This document shows positions 36,717 to 40,124 of a stretch of 40,124 nt of DNA, piece by piece. This DNA is from an uncultured Porphyromonadaceae bacterium (GTDB lineage Bacteria; Bacteroidota; Bacteroidia; Bacteroidales; UBA12481). How positions within the stretch are numbered: position 1 is the first letter of the stretch; the number at the start of each line of letters is the position of its first letter. The position numbers and the translations under genes were made by a program. A model generated the notes under the pieces. The model searched no databases. It was not told where the DNA came from and saw only the letters and a list, made by a program, of their open reading frames with translations. The stretch lies in contig CAYWHP010000007.1 in the NCBI GenBank assembly GCA_964457845.1, positions 1,349-41,472 on the forward strand, read 5' to 3'.

Positions 36717-37832
36717 ATGAACAATCGAGTCATCGTGGCAGTAACCAACGACCTGTCGGGCGACCAGCGGATACACAAGGTCGCTGTGAGCCTGATGAAG
36801 TTTGGCTATGAACCTGTGCTCGTAGGCCGTTTGCTGCCGGGTTCAGCGCCACTGAAAAGGCCTTATTCCTGCAAACGGTTCCGGATGTTAGCCCGAAGGG
36901 GAGCGGTTTTCTATGCTGCCTTTAATATCAGGTTATTCTTTTACCTGCTTTTTTCGCGTGCAGACACCTTCCTTGCCAATGATCTCGACACGTTGACAGC
37001 AGTGTTCCTTGCCGGAAAGCTGAGGAGTAAACGTATCGTATACGACTCGCATGAATACTTCACGGAAGTGCCCGAGCTGGTTGGGAGGCCGGCTGTAAAG
37101 CGTGTGTGGGAACAAATAGAGAGTCGGATTTTTCCCGGATTGACATCGGTATATACCGTAAATGATTCTATAGCTGATATTTATCGCGGTAAATATGGTG
37201 TTCCGGTGAAGGTCGTCCGGAACCTTCCGCTCCCGGCAAGCCACGATGCTACACCCGGCCATCTGCCTGAAGGGTTTGCCGGTTTTCCGATCATAATTTA
37301 TCAGGGGGCACTAAACCTCGGGCGGGGGCTCGAAGCAATGATCGGGGCCATGGAGTTTTTACCGCAATGCCGGCTGTTGATTGCCGGAGATGGTGACAAG
37401 CGCGTTGAACTTGAGCTGCTGGTCAGTGCGAGGGGACTTGGCGAACGAATTCACTTCGCCGGAAGGGTTCCGTTTGAACAACTGTCCTGGTACACCGTAC
37501 AGGCTTCGCTTGGAGTAAGCCTGGAGCAGGATCTGGGATTGAATTATCATTTTGCGTTACCCAACAAGCTGTTCGATTACATGCATGCCGGAGTTCCTGT
37601 TTTGGCTTCAGACCTGCCTGAAATCAGAAGGGTGGTGGAGGATGCGGGATTTGGTATCGTTATCAGCCGATTCGATGCCCGTTACATCAGTACGGTGATT
37701 GAGGATATCCTGGCCGACCCGGGAAAACTGCGCGAATGGAGCGAGGCAGCACGGATGGCGGCACCCCGATATGTGTGGGAAACGGAAGAAAAAGTGATAG
37801 AAGAGATTTTTCCGGATCTCAGGTCCTCATAA
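36717..37832 (+). CDS. Glycosyltransferase family 4
   Basis: DQRIHK, ANDLDTL, YDSHEYF, YQGALN.GRGLE, PNKLFDYMHAGVPVLASD. Confidence 0.9.
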   Translation: MNNRVIVAVTNDLSGDQRIHKVAVSLMKFGYEPVLVGRLLPGSAPLKRPYSCKRFRMLARRGAVFYAAFNIRLFFYLLFSRADTFLANDLDTLTAVFLAGKLRSKRIVYDSHEYFTEVPELVGRPAVKRVWEQIESRIFPGLTSVYTVNDSIADIYRGKYGVPVKVVRNLPLPASHDATPGHLPEGFAGFPIIIYQGALNLGRGLEAMIGAMEFLPQCRLLIAGDGDKRVELELLVSARGLGERIHFAGRVPFEQLSWYTVQASLGVSLEQDLGLNYHFALPNKLFDYMHAGVPVLASDLPEIRRVVEDAGFGIVISRFDARYISTVIEDILADPGKLREWSEAARMAAPRYVWETEEKVIEEIFPDLRSS

Positions 37833-38529
37833 CCTTTTCAAAATCAAACCAGTTCTGCGAAGATGCCACGGGATCGAGGCGTCCGCTTTCGCATCGCACC
37901 GTTCGGAATGGGAACTTACGAATCATGTTGTAATCGTGCGTCGCCATCAGGATGGCCCTTCCGCTGCGGCTGATGCTGATAAGCAGTCGCATGAGCTCTT
38001 CGCTCGTGTCGGGATCCAGGTTACCGGTTGGCTCATCGGCCAGAATGATCTCGGGATCATTCAACAGAGCCCGCGCGATGACGACACGCTGCTGTTCCCC
38101 GCCTGAAAGCTGATGCGGGCGTTTGTCATCCTTGTAATGCAGATCAACATGGTCCAGAACCTCCCCGATCCGTCGCTTTATGGCCTGCTTATCTTTCCAT
38201 CCGGTGGCTCCCAGAACGAATGCAAGGTTTTCATAAATGCTCCTGTCATCGAGCAGCTGGAAGTCCTGAAAAACCATGCCTATTTTCCTGCGCAGTTTGG
38301 GAATATCGCGGTGATGCATGTTTTTCAGGTCAAAGCCGGCGATGAACCCGCTTCCGTCGCGGAGGGGCAGCTCACCATACAGCATTTTGAGCAGACTGGT
38401 TTTGCCGGTACCTACCTTGCCGATCAGATAAACGAATTCCCCGGTATTGATCTCCAGGGAGACATTGTCGAGGACCAGGTTGAACTGCTGATAGACCGAA
38501 GCATGCTTGATATCGATGACGGATTCCAT
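37819..38529 (-). CDS. ftsE: FtsE-family ABC ATPase (cell division ATP-binding protein)
   Basis: Walker [49 protein letters not shown]. Confidence 0.85.
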   Translation of the reverse strand: MESVIDIKHASVYQQFNLVLDNVSLEINTGEFVYLIGKVGTGKTSLLKMLYGELPLRDGSGFIAGFDLKNMHHRDIPKLRRKIGMVFQDFQLLDDRSIYENLAFVLGATGWKDKQAIKRRIGEVLDHVDLHYKDDKRPHQLSGGEQQRVVIARALLNDPEIILADEPTGNLDPDTSEELMRLLISISRSGRAILMATHDYNMIRKFPFRTVRCESGRLDPVASSQNWFDFEKVMRT

Positions 38530-38673
38530 TATGAAGGACGTTATTAACCGTAAGTTGTTAATTTATAAAACCCAAAGGAGGCCTATAGGCTGAGCAACCA
38601 CCTTTATCTTTGCTAAAGTAAAAATAAAACCGGGGAATTGGAGTTATTCTTTCCGGACGTAATACATCAAACC

Positions 38674-40124
38674 ATGAATCGATACCGATCATTCCTGATA
38701 TCATCTGCCCTTATTATTTTGTGTGCTGTTGCTGCCAGCGCCCAGCAATCAGCGGTTTATCGGGATATCGATGCGGACCTGAAAGAAGGGATCGAATTGT
38801 TTCACAAGGACCAGTACGGGGCTGCACAGCTGCGATTTTCGGAATACCTGCAACGGACAGAGGGTCAGGAAGCGACTGCCAGGGCCGATGCATCGTTTTA
38901 TGAAGCCATGTGCGCCATCCGGCTCAATCATGATAACGGTGAGGCCCTGGTTTCCGGTTTCCTTGAAAAGTATCCGGAAAGTTCGAAAGCCAACCTGGCC
39001 CGGTTTGAAATGGGGAAGGCGCTGTTTACCGGAAAGAAATTCAAGCGGGCTTCAACCTGGCTTCAGCAAGTTAAACTTTCGACACTTGCCGCCGAATACC
39101 AAACCGAAGCAGCCTTTTATACGGGTTACTGCCTGTTCATTGATAAGGCCTACAAGAAGGCGCGTCCGCTGTTTGAACGGGTAATGAATTCAGATGGCGA
39201 TTTTCGTGAGGCTGCCACCTACTATTATTACGTAACTTCCTATCTGGATAAGGATTACGACAAGGCACTGGAAGGGTTTTTAAGCCTGCGTGAGAGCCGC
39301 GAATATGGCGTCTCCGCTCGCTTTTATGTGGCGCAGATCTATTTTGCCCAGGAGAAATTCGAGGAGGTTGTTTTGCTGGCGCCTGAACTCATGCGCAATG
39401 CCAAACCAGACCAGCAGACCGAAATGGCGAGAATCTGCGGCTTTTCTTTTTTTCGCCTCGGGCGATATGCTGAGTCGATTCCGTACCTGGAACAATACCG
39501 CAAGGGAACCAAAACCATGTCGAGGGATGAGCATTACGCACTTGGATACGCCTTCTACATGAACCGCCAGAATGCGGAGGCTGTTAAGGAGCTTCAGCTG
39601 GTGACCGATGCCACCGACCTTCTAACGCAGGCTTCGAATCATCTCCTCGGTAAGATATTCGTTGACCTTAACGATAAACTCAAGGCCAGAACCGCTTTTC
39701 GCAAAGCAGCCAATCTGACCATCGACAAGGCTGTTCAGGAGGAGTCGCTTCTTAATTATGCCAAGCTCAATTTCGATCTGTCAATTTCGGGTGAAACACT
39801 CCGCGCATTTCAGGAATTTCTTTCCACTTTCCCCGATTCGAAATATCAGGATGAAGTTTTCGAGTATATGGTTAAGGTGTTTATGAACACGCGAAATTAT
39901 TCAGAAGCACTTGATGCCCTCAACAAGATCCCAAACAAGAATGCAGAAGTGAAGAAGGCCTACCAGCGGATCGCCTACTATCGCGCCCTGGAATTGTTCA
40001 ATAATCTTAAGTACCGTGAGGCCATCGACCTGTTCGACCGGTCGCTCGAATATGCCAGTTATGACAGCGGTATCCGGGCACTCTGCTGTTACTGGCAGGG
40101 TGAGGCCTGGTACAACATCCGGGC
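38674..40124 (+). CDS. Large secreted tetratricopeptide-repeat protein (runs off the window end)
   Basis: Not in the ORF track. Manual translation from ATG 38674: MNRYRSFLISSALIILCAVAASAQ (signal-peptide-like), then TPR-like helices (FLEKYPES, FYTGYC, YALGYAFY, FLSTFPDS, YWQGEAWY). Still in frame at the window end. Confidence 0.88.
   Translation, partial: MNRYRSFLISSALIILCAVAASAQQSAVYRDIDADLKEGIELFHKDQYGAAQLRFSEYLQRTEGQEATARADASFYEAMCAIRLNHDNGEALVSGFLEKYPESSKANLARFEMGKALFTGKKFKRASTWLQQVKLSTLAAEYQTEAAFYTGYCLFIDKAYKKARPLFERVMNSDGDFREAATYYYYVTSYLDKDYDKALEGFLSLRESREYGVSARFYVAQIYFAQEKFEEVVLLAPELMRNAKPDQQTEMARICGFSFFRLGRYAESIPYLEQYRKGTKTMSRDEHYALGYAFYMNRQNAEAVKELQLVTDATDLLTQASNHLLGKIFVDLNDKLKARTAFRKAANLTIDKAVQEESLLNYAKLNFDLSISGETLRAFQEFLSTFPDSKYQDEVFEYMVKVFMNTRNYSEALDALNKIPNKNAEVKKAYQRIAYYRALELFNNLKYREAIDLFDRSLEYASYDSGIRALCCYWQGEAWYNIR

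Noticed and set aside
37819-38529. ftsE without adjacent ftsX as an anomaly
   Set aside because: A stand-alone ftsE divergent from a large TPR gene is, to my knowledge, a common Bacteroidota arrangement.
38721-39562. Short track ORFs near the window end
   Set aside because: They lie within the TPR gene starting at 38674, which is truncated by the window.

Overview
A gene-dense window from what is most likely an anaerobic Bacteroidales/Bacteroidota chromosome (inferred from recurring TAnnTTTG -7 promoter boxes, AT-rich starts without Shine-Dalgarno sites, and Bacteroidota-type gene families). It holds about 30 CDS, mostly housekeeping or peptide/amino-acid catabolism. In order: a partial M14 carboxypeptidase; ADP-forming acyl-CoA synthetase; flavodoxin; D-amino-acid-type PLP enzyme; aminotransferase; four-subunit Vor/Kor 2-oxoacid:ferredoxin oxidoreductase; an SDR/VOC pair; yicC-gmk-nadD; alpha-2-macroglobulin; tryptophanase; DUF3078 protein; UbiA-like prenyltransferase; Cof HAD; pheT; M28-PA-PDZ peptidase; htpG; OMP beta-barrel; aspartate aminotransferase; mltG; murB; GT4; ftsE; and a partial TPR protein. 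I found no rRNA, tRNA, CRISPR array or transposase. The signals the gene list does not explain are: (1) three loci of 7-bp tandem repeats sharing a YG-NN-AC-N frame, one an inverted pair inserted in-frame inside nadD; (2) a tnaA leader made of a Trp-free 28-codon uORF abutting an 11-copy heptamer array; (3) a candidate ~130-nt structured sRNA upstream of pheT with a segment complementary to start-codon regions; (4) an alpha-2-macroglobulin whose thioester motif reads CSEY instead of CxEQ; (5) a sigma54-like box upstream of htpG. All calls come from reading the sequence by eye; no database searches were run.
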